Below, one piece after another: positions 36,121-45,819 of a stretch of 64,000 nt of DNA. How positions within the stretch are numbered: the stretch's first letter is position 1; each line of letters begins with the position of its first letter. This DNA comes from Cyanophora paradoxa CCMP329 (lineage: Eukaryota > Plantae > Glaucophyta), in assembly GCA_004431415.1 (NCBI GenBank), contig QPMI01000513.1, positions 124,001-188,000 on the forward strand, in the 5' to 3' direction. The position numbers and the translations under genes were made by a program. Below the pieces are notes generated by a model, which was given only the letters and a program-made list of their open reading frames with translations, ran no database searches and was not told the origin of the DNA.

Positions 36121-37506
36121 TTAGCTAGTTTTGGTCCTTTCTCTTAGTGTTCTTTGAGGTTTAGGGGCTGTATATGACTCCTTAGTAGTCTGAAAGTCAT
36201 TATACCATCTTTGGCTATTCACTTCTGAAAGTTTCTGTGTTCCTGCTATAGTGAGCTTTTTGAGTTCCCTGTTAACTTTGCCAGCCTTCTCCTTTCTAGC
36301 CTCTATCAAAGGCTTATCTGGGACTTCATTAGCAGCTTCTATGCCCTCTCTCCTTATAGAAGCATCAACCCTAGCTTCCTCTTTGGCTTGCTCTAAGGCA
36401 TCCACTGTAGGGGCTTCCAGATACTCAACTGCATTCACAGGCAACAGCTCATGGAAAGCAAACCTGTTATCTATGATCTCTCCAGTGGGACTCTTTAGCT
36501 TAAACTTAAAGCCTTCTCTACTATCAACAGTGTAAACCATCCTAGACCAATTGTTACCCTGTTTAGCAAATGGGTTCTTCTCTACTTTCACTCTAACAAA
36601 CATGCCAGGCTGCATGGTATCAAGATAAGCTATTGATTTCTTGAATCTTTCATCTTCTAATCCTACTATATACCTATAATGCTCCTCTGTAGTTTCACCT
36701 GGCTTCATCTTAGTAGCTGAGTGAACTGTATTATTGTAATTAAACTCAATATCACCCAACACATCAAAGAATCTAGCTGTGTTATTAGCTATGCAATAGT
36801 TTGTGATCAGTCTCTTAATCTGCTTGTTAAAGGCTTCAATTCGACCTTGGCTTCTATGGTCAGCAGTTCCACTCACTTGGTGTTCTATGAATTTACTAGA
36901 TAAATACTCCTGGAATATTCGATTTTGGAATTCACTCCCAGCATCTGATTGAACTTTTACTATGGGTCTTGCCACTCTCATTTCAAGCTGTTTAAATGCA
37001 GCTAATGTAGTGAGAGCTGATTTATCCCTTATAGGTATGATATACCCAGTTCTCAGTGTTGATTCCATTGCAGTCATAAAGGTATCATAGCCATTGTTTT
37101 GTTTCTTATAAGCTGGGAAAAAGAGCAAATCAATCACATAGGTATCAAGGGGTTGCCTAATTGGGACCATGGGATCTCTCTTCCTAGATATAGCAGGTGC
37201 ATTGATCTGAACTACCTCTTGTTTTTTATAGAACTCTTGCAACTGCTTATAGGATTCATCTGGTAACTCAGCCCTCATAGCTTGAAGCCCTTTGTAACCA
37301 GTTCTCACATCATAGAATCTCTTGGCAATCTTGCTTGTTTCTTTCACTGCAATAGCAACTGGAATCTCTACTGGGACAAGCTCTTTCATTTCAGACTTTT
37401 TTACAATTCGAGATTCCCCCTTTTCCTCCTTTGGAACTGTGATGGGCAGTAGGTTTCCTTGCAGTTGCTCAGTGGTTCTCCTAACTATTCTTCCAGTTGC
37501 TGGCAT
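36121..37506 (-). CDS. RVE-family integrase, element B
   Basis: DDE triad YVIDLL, QSDAGSEF, GRIEAFNKQIK; YNNTVHSATKMKP. Confidence 0.95.
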   Translation of the reverse strand: MPATGRIVRRTTEQLQGNLLPITVPKEEKGESRIVKKSEMKELVPVEIPVAIAVKETSKIAKRFYDVRTGYKGLQAMRAELPDESYKQLQEFYKKQEVVQINAPAISRKRDPMVPIRQPLDTYVIDLLFFPAYKKQNNGYDTFMTAMESTLRTGYIIPIRDKSALTTLAAFKQLEMRVARPIVKVQSDAGSEFQNRIFQEYLSSKFIEHQVSGTADHRSQGRIEAFNKQIKRLITNYCIANNTARFFDVLGDIEFNYNNTVHSATKMKPGETTEEHYRYIVGLEDERFKKSIAYLDTMQPGMFVRVKVEKNPFAKQGNNWSRMVYTVDSREGFKFKLKSPTGEIIDNRFAFHELLPVNAVEYLEAPTVDALEQAKEEARVDASIRREGIEAANEVPDKPLIEARKEKAGKVNRELKKLTIAGTQKLSEVNSQRWYNDFQTTKESYTAPKPQRTLRERTKTS

Positions 37507-37509
37507 CTC

Positions 37510-40500
37510 TTAATTAAAAGGAACAGAATTAATACCATCTGGTAAGATGTATCTCTTTGCATCAAAGCAGTTTAGGGCAACCCTTCTACTCACAGTGTCT
37601 ATTATTGTGTGATCTGCCCTTCTTTTCTGCTTTGCAGTCACAGTCTTGCTGATACCTGCAAATAAACACTGTTTAAAATCATTAAATTGGAGTTCCTCAG
37701 TTGAAGTCCCAGAGAGCTTACTCCTCTCAATCTCAGCAGTTCTGAAACTGTAAACTTTTGCTCTCAGACCCACATACTCCAATATAGCAGAGCCAGGCAT
37801 TTCATTTTTGTATTTACCTGGGGTCATTCTGGAATCACCTCCAAGGTCTAATGCATAGGATATATTCTCTATATCTTTTTGTAGGGTCTTAGATTCGATA
37901 TATAGACAAAAGGAGTCAGTATCATGGAATAGTAACTTTGCTTTTGTCCATTGGGACCTTACAGTATCATAGAAGAACTTGTAGTTATGCAGTTTGGCTG
38001 CATCCAGAACATAAGCCCCAATAGCAACTGGCTTATCTAGCTTCACATGCTTTGTGTAAAACTCAAAGGCAACTGCTTTTTCGTTTATGGGACTTGTTGA
38101 TTTCACCAATGGGGAGGCTGCATATTTCATAAACAGTTTCTCACTGTTTGCAATCTTAACCACAGATCTACCTCTGCAAGATTCAATGCATTTCCCATAG
38201 ATTGAGTTATTCATGAGTTTATAGAAATCAGCCTCGAATTTATTCACTGCTTTCCTTCTCATCTCAGTATTCAGCTCAATGTAGGGTTTCATTACAGGAG
38301 CCACAGTAAATGATAGGACCCTGTGAACCTTCTTTAGTTTCACCCCTTTGTCCAACAGATACTGTAGAAGAGGCTCAGAAATCACATAGTTGGTCACAGA
38401 ACCAAAGGTTGCAGTTAGCTTAGGGGTCTTATCAAGCTCTTCTCCTGAGAGATCTAATAGGCTCTTTTGATATTGTGATAATTCTGCATATTCTACTATT
38501 TTCTTGTTAATAATTAGGGGGAAATCACTGTGGTCTAGATATAGCCTAATTGGGTAATCCAGATCAACTTCCAGGAAACTGGATCTGTTATCTTGTGGGT
38601 TGAATTCGGTCTCCCATCTAAAATCACCAACTGGAATTGGCTGACTCAAACAGTAGCCATACAAGTTGTTAGCATCAAACAGCATTATATGGGAGTTCTC
38701 ACCATCAGCCTCAGCATACCTACAAGGCATTGTTGCAAAGCCACCCCTGATTCCCCTCTCAACAAATTCGTATTGCTCTACATCACTGATGAGTTCTATT
38801 TTTGCCTCGGTGGTCCTAAGCATAGCATCCCAAGATAGCCCAGGTGCAGATACATAATGAACTGGGTCAAGTCCATATACTGAGTGTGAAAGCCTTCTGA
38901 AAGCCTGGAATTTGCTCATTAACTCATCTACATCAGCAGCCCCAAAGTCCATAAAATTACTTGCATCAATGAACTTGTAAAGACCCCATTGCAATGAAAG
39001 GTATTGATCAAAGTTTTTCGAAAGGATTTCGATTCGCTTTTTATCACCCATGCCTGCTATTTTTCTGAAAATGAATGTCCCACAGTCATCCATTTGGTCA
39101 ACAACAACTGCAACTTTGGTTTGCTTTGAGATTCTCCTATGGAGATTGCAGTTTCTGCATGCAGGAGCAATGTAATGACCTGTGTGGTGGTCATGATCTC
39201 TGCATTTGAAGTTCTCCTTGGTGAACCTCTCACTGCAAAGGTAACAGTGTTTAGTAGCCCTGTAAACAGCCTTTTGCTCATCTGTGAGTTCATTCATGGG
39301 AATATTGGTAAACAGAAAATCGATCAGCTCTCTTGCTTTGGACTCCAAGCATTCAAAGAGACCTCCCATTGGATCCTGCCCCTCAAATCGAAAATCTTGA
39401 ACATCTTCCCCAGTGACTACTCTAAGGTTCACTGCTGAGACTTCCCTCTTGGATTTCGATGCATCAATGGGGATGCTTCTATGTTCAATCTTGCAGTAAA
39501 CCACAACAGGAAGCCACACAGTTTTCCTGAGGTTTTTCAGTCCAAACTCTATTGTGGTGTCAGGCTTAGGGGTGATTCCCTTTGAGAGTCTCCAATCAAT
39601 GCATCTGTTTGAGTCCACATGAGCAGTCAGTTTAGCCTCAGACCTGAATCGAGATAAGCATGTATCACAGTAGTGTAACTTTTGATCCTTGGTTTTATCA
39701 AGGGCAACTCTGAGAAGTCTTGAAAGGGACATGATAGTAATATAGTGACCATTCCCTTCATCATCATGAATGAGCATTAGATTAATCTTTTGCTTTCTGC
39801 CTGGGTTGCTGGATTGATGTAGGGGATATATAACATCTCCATCCATTCCAAATATGTTTATGCTGATGCCTGCATTTTGAGATTCGAATTTATCAATGAT
39901 TTCAGCATCACAAGGAACAGGGAATGGGATATTGTCGAAATTGAGAGCCAAAGGATTGTATGTGGTTGGTGAGTATTTCCATTTGCGATATTGTGTAAGC
40001 TCACTTCTCTTGTGGGAATTTACATCTTTCCTATGGATCCATGCCAAAATGGCATTTTCAAAGCAAGAATCATCAATATTTCGAATATTCACTGTGGCTC
40101 TCTTGGCTGCAATTGATTCTGGTGTTTTAACATAGCAGCCACCAGTTGGGGCATAACTCATAATAGCAACTCTGAGCATTTCGATTCTCTCCAATCGATA
40201 GCTATCAACAACATTCATCTGCTCCTGACACATTTGGGCTGCTTTATTCAGCTCAGTTCGAATATTTCTCGATTTGGTTAATACAAAATAATCGCTGTAA
40301 ATGTATTTCGATATCCAAACCTGTGGATTGCTGACTTTTACGAACTTGCAGATAAACGATAAGCGAACTTTGATTGCCCTGAATTGATCCAGACTATCTC
40401 TTAAACGTTTTGGTAGAGAGGTTGCAATTCTATCTAAATATTCAATCACATCAACAACAACTTCCCTTCTGGCTCTGTATGTGAGCCAGCGATATAATTC

Positions 40501-40755
40501 ATTCATAGCTGTTCCATCTTCCGCCTCTGGTTCTATTTGCCTCAGGCGATCCAGTTCATCAAGAGTTTCAACTTTATCATAGAGGTTATTGGCTTTTCTG
40601 GTTAATTTTGCTAAAGTGGGTCTGCCCCTTGAAATAAATCCGATTTCCCGGTCATATTCAGCCTCTGTGATTTCATGGGCTGCATACAGTGTTCCCAGTA
40701 ATCCCATGAGTTCCCATTTCTTCTCTCTAATGAGTCTGTTGCTAATTCGGGGCAT
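37510..40755 (-). CDS. Protein-primed DNA polymerase B, element B (intact ORF, degenerate exonuclease)
   Basis: FDANNLYG, KLMNNSIYGK, HDTDS, GLRAKVYS; RDHDHHTG EndoVII-like motif. Confidence 0.95.
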   Translation of the reverse strand: MPRISNRLIREKKWELMGLLGTLYAAHEITEAEYDREIGFISRGRPTLAKLTRKANNLYDKVETLDELDRLRQIEPEAEDGTAMNELYRWLTYRARREVVVDVIEYLDRIATSLPKRLRDSLDQFRAIKVRLSFICKFVKVSNPQVWISKYIYSDYFVLTKSRNIRTELNKAAQMCQEQMNVVDSYRLERIEMLRVAIMSYAPTGGCYVKTPESIAAKRATVNIRNIDDSCFENAILAWIHRKDVNSHKRSELTQYRKWKYSPTTYNPLALNFDNIPFPVPCDAEIIDKFESQNAGISINIFGMDGDVIYPLHQSSNPGRKQKINLMLIHDDEGNGHYITIMSLSRLLRVALDKTKDQKLHYCDTCLSRFRSEAKLTAHVDSNRCIDWRLSKGITPKPDTTIEFGLKNLRKTVWLPVVVYCKIEHRSIPIDASKSKREVSAVNLRVVTGEDVQDFRFEGQDPMGGLFECLESKARELIDFLFTNIPMNELTDEQKAVYRATKHCYLCSERFTKENFKCRDHDHHTGHYIAPACRNCNLHRRISKQTKVAVVVDQMDDCGTFIFRKIAGMGDKKRIEILSKNFDQYLSLQWGLYKFIDASNFMDFGAADVDELMSKFQAFRRLSHSVYGLDPVHYVSAPGLSWDAMLRTTEAKIELISDVEQYEFVERGIRGGFATMPCRYAEADGENSHIMLFDANNLYGYCLSQPIPVGDFRWETEFNPQDNRSSFLEVDLDYPIRLYLDHSDFPLIINKKIVEYAELSQYQKSLLDLSGEELDKTPKLTATFGSVTNYVISEPLLQYLLDKGVKLKKVHRVLSFTVAPVMKPYIELNTEMRRKAVNKFEADFYKLMNNSIYGKCIESCRGRSVVKIANSEKLFMKYAASPLVKSTSPINEKAVAFEFYTKHVKLDKPVAIGAYVLDAAKLHNYKFFYDTVRSQWTKAKLLFHDTDSFCLYIESKTLQKDIENISYALDLGGDSRMTPGKYKNEMPGSAILEYVGLRAKVYSFRTAEIERSKLSGTSTEELQFNDFKQCLFAGISKTVTAKQKRRADHTIIDTVSRRVALNCFDAKRYILPDGINSVPFN

Positions 40756-40867
40756 AGTTCCTAACTTGTTCCTACTAAAAGGGGAGGTTTTAAATGGGGA
40801 TATTCCGAACGCGAAAATACTTAAAGGAATTTTTATATTGTATATATATAGAAGCCAAATAGCAAGA

Positions 40868-41185
40868 ATGAATCCGGACGGTCAAAGAACGCTTAGTATT
40901 TCAGCCATCATGAGAAGTATTAAAGAAAGAAATGAAACCTGTGAAAACTCAGAATATAAACGAATTCTATGCAGTTTATGTAAATGTGATGAGACTAGCT
41001 ATGATCAGTTTGTATGTGATCAATGCTTCAAGACAGTCTGTATTGGATGCATGAAACAGCAAGAGGAAATAGTCGGGAATACAAAATGCCCATTCTGTAG
41101 AAACACATTACAGTATCCAGAGTTCACCTTGTACAACATTCTGGACTACAATGCATGTGATGTTGAAACAATTACATTTGGCTGA
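40868..41185 (+). CDS. RING-finger protein
   Basis: CSLC...CDQC...CIGC...CPFCR; ATG at 40868 follows a TTAAAG/TATA motif. Confidence 0.75.
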   Translation: MNPDGQRTLSISAIMRSIKERNETCENSEYKRILCSLCKCDETSYDQFVCDQCFKTVCIGCMKQQEEIVGNTKCPFCRNTLQYPEFTLYNILDYNACDVETITFG

Positions 41186-41236
41186 GCAACAAAAAATGAT
41201 TTAAAGAAAATATCTTCTATATAGATATATGTAAAA

Positions 41237-41887
41237 ATGTCATGCCCAATCTGTTTCAAAACTATTCAAAGGAATACAATCATTGAGCTTGCTTGTGAGC
41301 ATTTCTTTTGTGAAGCCTGCATTATAAAGTATATATATAAGGTTCATGACTCTAATGAGGTATCCCTGCTCTACTGCTGCACACAGAAAGCTTTCAGACA
41401 GTTTAAAGGGTACCCAGAAATGATGCTTGCAGAGAGCAACTATTGCATATCATGTCCTCTTTGCAGGTGTGAATATTCATTTCTTTCATACATTGCAAGG
41501 ATTTCACGGACAAATCCTCTTGAACAACTCATCTGCAAGGTGTGGTTTAGAGATGAGTTCTATGATCTTGGTTTATGTCATTATTTGACAGATGAAAATC
41601 AGTTCTATAACTATATTCCGTTGTGTGATAGGCTCCATTGGGAAAAATGTGAAAGTGTAAAAACAAATTTTGCGAATGATGTCATCAAAATGTTCAGTGA
41701 TCGCAAACACAATGAATACCACATGTACAAATGTGATTGTAAGAAGCCAATCTGCCCAAAGGTCTTTCCTGTGCCATCAGCAACATGTGATTGCAAACAA
41801 CATGCAAGCCCTGAGGAGTTTGAAGAAATGTTGCTTACATATTGTTCAAAGAAATATCCAGAAACCACAAAACAAAAAATGATTTAA
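41237..41887 (+). CDS. RING-finger (C3HC4) Cys-rich protein
   Basis: CPIC...CEHFFCEAC...CPLCR. Confidence 0.85.
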   Translation: MSCPICFKTIQRNTIIELACEHFFCEACIIKYIYKVHDSNEVSLLYCCTQKAFRQFKGYPEMMLAESNYCISCPLCRCEYSFLSYIARISRTNPLEQLICKVWFRDEFYDLGLCHYLTDENQFYNYIPLCDRLHWEKCESVKTNFANDVIKMFSDRKHNEYHMYKCDCKKPICPKVFPVPSATCDCKQHASPEEFEEMLLTYCSKKYPETTKQKMI

Positions 41888-41924
41888 AGAATTCTCTATA
41901 TATATTAAGAGAGACAGAGGAAAA

Positions 41925-42179
41925 ATGCCACTCAGTGAAGCCCAGAAGAGAGCTATGAAGAGGTACCAGCAAACTGAAAAAGGTAAGGCTCAAATCAAAA
42001 AGTTTAACGAAAAAATAGCCACACAGCTTAGAGATCTATATCAAACCGATGATACTTATAGAGCCATGAAAATAGCCAGTTCATGTCAGCGAAAGTATGC
42101 AGCCAATGCAGTCTGCTTTGTAAAATATTTATATGATGTCCCTTACTCAAATCGAGGGAGAAAATTGAAACATGTCTAA
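41925..42179 (+). CDS. Small basic hypothetical protein
   Basis: 84-aa ORF MPLSEAQKRAMKRYQ, preceded by the shared upstream motif. Confidence 0.65.
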   Translation: MPLSEAQKRAMKRYQQTEKGKAQIKKFNEKIATQLRDLYQTDDTYRAMKIASSCQRKYAANAVCFVKYLYDVPYSNRGRKLKHV

Positions 42180-42391
42180 ATTATTTTTCCCAGCATATTA
42201 CTAGGCTGGGGATATGCTGTTTATTCGCTGAAATACCCATTCATCCTTTTTGTATCTAAACCACTCGATATATCATGTGGATAAATTTCGTAGGGATACT
42301 TTCTCGATTTCCAACAAAAAATGATTGGGGGACCCAAAACTACTTAAAGAAAAATCTTCTATATATATAAAAGGGACCCCGATCGCTGAAA

Positions 42392-44719
42392 ATGAACGCC
42401 AAACAGACTAAATCGCTCAAATCGCTCGCTAACTGGCTCAGATCTGATGAGGATCTAGCCAAAAACATGATTATCCCAGTGAAACCTGACAGCAAAGACC
42501 CTGTTTTCAAGCATAAGGGAGGTGCTTGGTCCTGGGAAAAGTATGAGGAAGCGCTGGCAACTAATCAGTATGTATCTTGGGGCATTCTGCTCTCAGACAA
42601 CATGATGGTTATTGACTTTGATGATGAGGAGGACTTTGAGAAATTCCGGGATATGTTTCCTGATGACTTTGATGCCAATCAGCCCATGGCAAAAACTAAA
42701 AAAGGCTATCATGTCTACTTTAAACGACCTGAGGAGTTCAATAAACTCAAAATTACCGATAAGGCTCCTGGCTTTAAAGGCTTTGAGAAGGTTGACCTGA
42801 AAACAATCACTGGAACTGGAACTTCTGGACTGATCAATGTGTGTCCCAGTGTGAACAAGGCTTGGGTAATCTCCCCATGGGATGATACCTGTGATTTCAA
42901 TGAGCCTACTGATGACTTCAAAAAGTGGATAATAGATAACTACATCTATAAGAGTGAGTATACTGCTAATGCTACCTCACATGATGAACTGGAAAACAAT
43001 ATTATCAAAGAGCTGGTGGATATGGGATTTATGCATCCCAATATAATCTCTAAAACTGAACTTGGCTTTAACTTTGATGCTGCTAACAAGGGACTCAATT
43101 GCCCATGCTGCAATGGTTCACATGAATCGAATAACTGGTATGTTATGAAAGCTAAAGGAGATGATAACAAATACATTGTGTCAAGCTACAGTGGAAATTG
43201 CAAAAAACGATTCATCTGCATTGGAATGCAATCTGATATCTTCAATCTTATAGATAAATCCGCTGGTTCTGGTGGCGCTCATTATGATGTGAGTTTAGTA
43301 TGCAAAGAGGTTCTTAAACATACATGGAGATACTCCAAAAAGTCATGGTTCAAACTCAATACTGATACTGGGATTTGGGAGCATGATGACACAAACCTAA
43401 AGATTTACCTAGATATAAGCCGTCTTGTTGTCCCCCAATACCTTGGAAGGGCTGTGCATTATAGTCAAAGAGCTTTAAAGGATGAGGAAAACAAAGCAGC
43501 TTTCGAAGAAAGATCCAAAACATTGATGACCATTGCCAAAAATCTTAAACAATCAGGATTTCGCAAATCCCTTCTGACTGACTTGGTCCCACTGCTGAAT
43601 GATGATGAATTCTTTGAGAAGATTGACACAGTTCCATATGTGATTGGATTCGAAAATGGTGTATTTGATCTGACCACTATGACTTTCAGAAAGGGTAAAC
43701 TGGAAGATATGGTGAGCAAGACTGTGGGTTATGACTATACTGAAAATGTAGACCCCAAGAAAATAGAGCATCTCAATCAGATTTATAAAGAGATTGTGGA
43801 TGATCCAGCAGAGCGAAAGTATCTTCTGGCATCCATTGCAATTGCCCTTAGTGGATCAACTAAATCCCAGAAGTTCTATATGTGGACTGGTGCTGGTGCT
43901 AATGGTAAATCACTTGTTCAGGAATACTGCAAACAGATATCTGGTCGTTATTACAGCCCTCTCGAAATATCCTATTGGACTAAGCCTAAAAAGAACTCAT
44001 CAGAGGCTACTCCTGAACTTGCCAAACTCCTTGGAAAGCGACTTGTATTCAGTAATGAGGCTGAAGATGGTGATAAACTGCAGATCTCCAAGATTAAGGA
44101 GGTCACAGGTGGAAATGAAATGACTGTGAGAGCCTTGTTCAAAGACCCAGTTATCCTTACCCCAATGTTTCAGGTCTACATTACAACTAATGACAATTTG
44201 ACTATAAATAAACCAGACTTTGCAATTCAAAGAAGACTTTCCTATCAGAGATTCAATAATATATTCAGAGAGAAGCCAGAAGCTGGTCAGAAGAAAGCTG
44301 ATCCAACTCTGTTCACACTTCTTCACAATGATGATGAGTATAAGATGGCTCACATGAAGATATTACTGGATATGTGGAAGAACAAAGAGGTTGAAGAGAT
44401 CTTAAGAAGTCCCCCTCAATCGATTATTGAACAGGGAATTAACTTTATAGCTGAAAATGACAAGATTGGTGAATGGCTTCGAGATAATTTCGAGGTTACA
44501 CATAATGCTAACGACTTTGTTTCCAGTGATATCATTTACAAATCATACAAAAGTGTTGATGATAAAGTTGAATGTGTATCTGTTATGAAAAGAGTAAGGG
44601 AGATCTTCAATGTAAAATCAGAAAGAAAACGAGTTAATGGAATTCTAGCCAGAGGATATATTGGGATTCGAAAGATAACAAGGGTTCAGGAAGACAATGA
44701 AGATGATGCCGAATATTAA
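42392..44719 (+). CDS. Primase-polymerase (Prim-Pol) fused to a D5-like SF3 helicase
   Basis: GILL...VIDFD and TKKGYHVYF primpol motifs; CPCC..H zinc motif; IGFENGVFDL; Walker A GAGANGKS; AIQRRL. Confidence 0.92.
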   Translation: MNAKQTKSLKSLANWLRSDEDLAKNMIIPVKPDSKDPVFKHKGGAWSWEKYEEALATNQYVSWGILLSDNMMVIDFDDEEDFEKFRDMFPDDFDANQPMAKTKKGYHVYFKRPEEFNKLKITDKAPGFKGFEKVDLKTITGTGTSGLINVCPSVNKAWVISPWDDTCDFNEPTDDFKKWIIDNYIYKSEYTANATSHDELENNIIKELVDMGFMHPNIISKTELGFNFDAANKGLNCPCCNGSHESNNWYVMKAKGDDNKYIVSSYSGNCKKRFICIGMQSDIFNLIDKSAGSGGAHYDVSLVCKEVLKHTWRYSKKSWFKLNTDTGIWEHDDTNLKIYLDISRLVVPQYLGRAVHYSQRALKDEENKAAFEERSKTLMTIAKNLKQSGFRKSLLTDLVPLLNDDEFFEKIDTVPYVIGFENGVFDLTTMTFRKGKLEDMVSKTVGYDYTENVDPKKIEHLNQIYKEIVDDPAERKYLLASIAIALSGSTKSQKFYMWTGAGANGKSLVQEYCKQISGRYYSPLEISYWTKPKKNSSEATPELAKLLGKRLVFSNEAEDGDKLQISKIKEVTGGNEMTVRALFKDPVILTPMFQVYITTNDNLTINKPDFAIQRRLSYQRFNNIFREKPEAGQKKADPTLFTLLHNDDEYKMAHMKILLDMWKNKEVEEILRSPPQSIIEQGINFIAENDKIGEWLRDNFEVTHNANDFVSSDIIYKSYKSVDDKVECVSVMKRVREIFNVKSERKRVNGILARGYIGIRKITRVQEDNEDDAEY

Positions 44720-44760
44720 ACAAAACGATTGATGATTGAGATTTACATATATTTTTATAG

Positions 44761-44880
44761 CCTTACTGAAAATGGTTTGTGTGACAGGTGTGACAGGTCC
44801 ATCCCAAGGAAAGCCCTGGTGAAAAGTTGATCTTCACAATCGATGGGATAGACCTGTCACACCTGTCACACCTGTCACAC
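44761..44880. repeat. Internal copy of the TIR iteron-like palindrome (GTGTGACAG)n-spacer-(CTGTCACAC)n
   Basis: 2+3 nonamers here; 3+2 at 35524-35625 and 2+3 at 61857-61957; spacers homologous. Confidence 0.9.
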
Positions 44881-44948
44881 CTATCGGAAAAGACCAAAAT
44901 TTGACAAGAATACTTAAGGCTTACTTGATTGTGTATAGTGAAGACAAA

Positions 44949-45170
44949 ATGGCAAAGACTCTTGATGAGATGACCATGACTGAGTTAGATAAATGCATAA
45001 AGCATGGAGATATAGGGGCATATATCGAAATGTCACAGAGATTGATAGGTTACAATATGTATGCAGCTAAACCAAAGAGAAATAGATCAGTAAACATTCA
45101 CATTACTGTTTCAGTGTCTGAGAATGCAAACAAAAAACAACAAAAGCATATTTACAAAAGTTATCTGTGA
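44949..45170 (+). CDS. Small hypothetical protein
   Basis: ATG at 44949 (MAKTLDEM) after an ACTTAAG...TATA motif. Confidence 0.45.
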   Translation: MAKTLDEMTMTELDKCIKHGDIGAYIEMSQRLIGYNMYAAKPKRNRSVNIHITVSVSENANKKQQKHIYKSYL

Positions 45171-45257
45171 CTTGATTGCAAGTATAAAGCCAATTCCTTT
45201 GTATATATTTTTATAGCTGCCTCAGTAGCATACTGAGACCGCTTTTTCTCAATTTTC

Positions 45258-45503
45258 TTATAGACCTGGGGTTCCATTGCTACTATCAGTTGGCAAATAA
45301 TATTTAATCGGTCTTCCTCTGGGTCTCTGCTCCTCTTTTTGGGCTTTTCTGCGATAATAGGATGCCAGGGCTTGCTGCTTCTTATACTCTCTATATTCTG
45401 GGTCCTCTCTATATCGTTTCTGCATTGCGAGTATGTGTCTAATAGAACCCTCAGTAACAGGTTCATCACTGGTAAACTCGATTAAACTAATAGTATCCTC
45501 CAT
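45258..45503 (-). CDS. Small basic AT-hook-like protein
   Basis: KRYREDPEYREYKK...RPRGRP. Confidence 0.55.
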   Translation of the reverse strand: MEDTISLIEFTSDEPVTEGSIRHILAMQKRYREDPEYREYKKQQALASYYRRKAQKEEQRPRGRPIKYYLPTDSSNGTPGL

Positions 45504-45819
45504 TTATATTCCCAGAGAAAACGTTTTCTGCTGGCAGAGAACTTCTCCTTGGATACTCCTGTTGCTCATATGTATACTCTGTGGGGTCTGCTGGCATTGA
45601 CTCCACAGAAACTGTAGACCTCCTTCTCTCTCTTGCTTCTGAGGCATTATCCTCATTATCTGACATCTCAAACTCCACTGTTGTCTCACAACATCCACTG
45701 TGGCAATTGCTCACCACATGCAGACTGAACATCTCGAAGAACTTTCGTATTATGTCCATATCTCTAATAAAACAGAGATAATTAAAGCCAAACTCGTCTT
45801 TTATATACTGTTGGGGCAA
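45487..45819 (-). CDS. Hypothetical protein
   Basis: ORF filling the gap between co-oriented genes; start uncertain. Confidence 0.4.
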   Translation of the reverse strand: MPQQYIKDEFGFNYLCFIRDMDIIRKFFEMFSLHVVSNCHSGCCETTVEFEMSDNEDNASEARERRRSTVSVESMPADPTEYTYEQQEYPRRSSLPAENVFSGNINGGYY

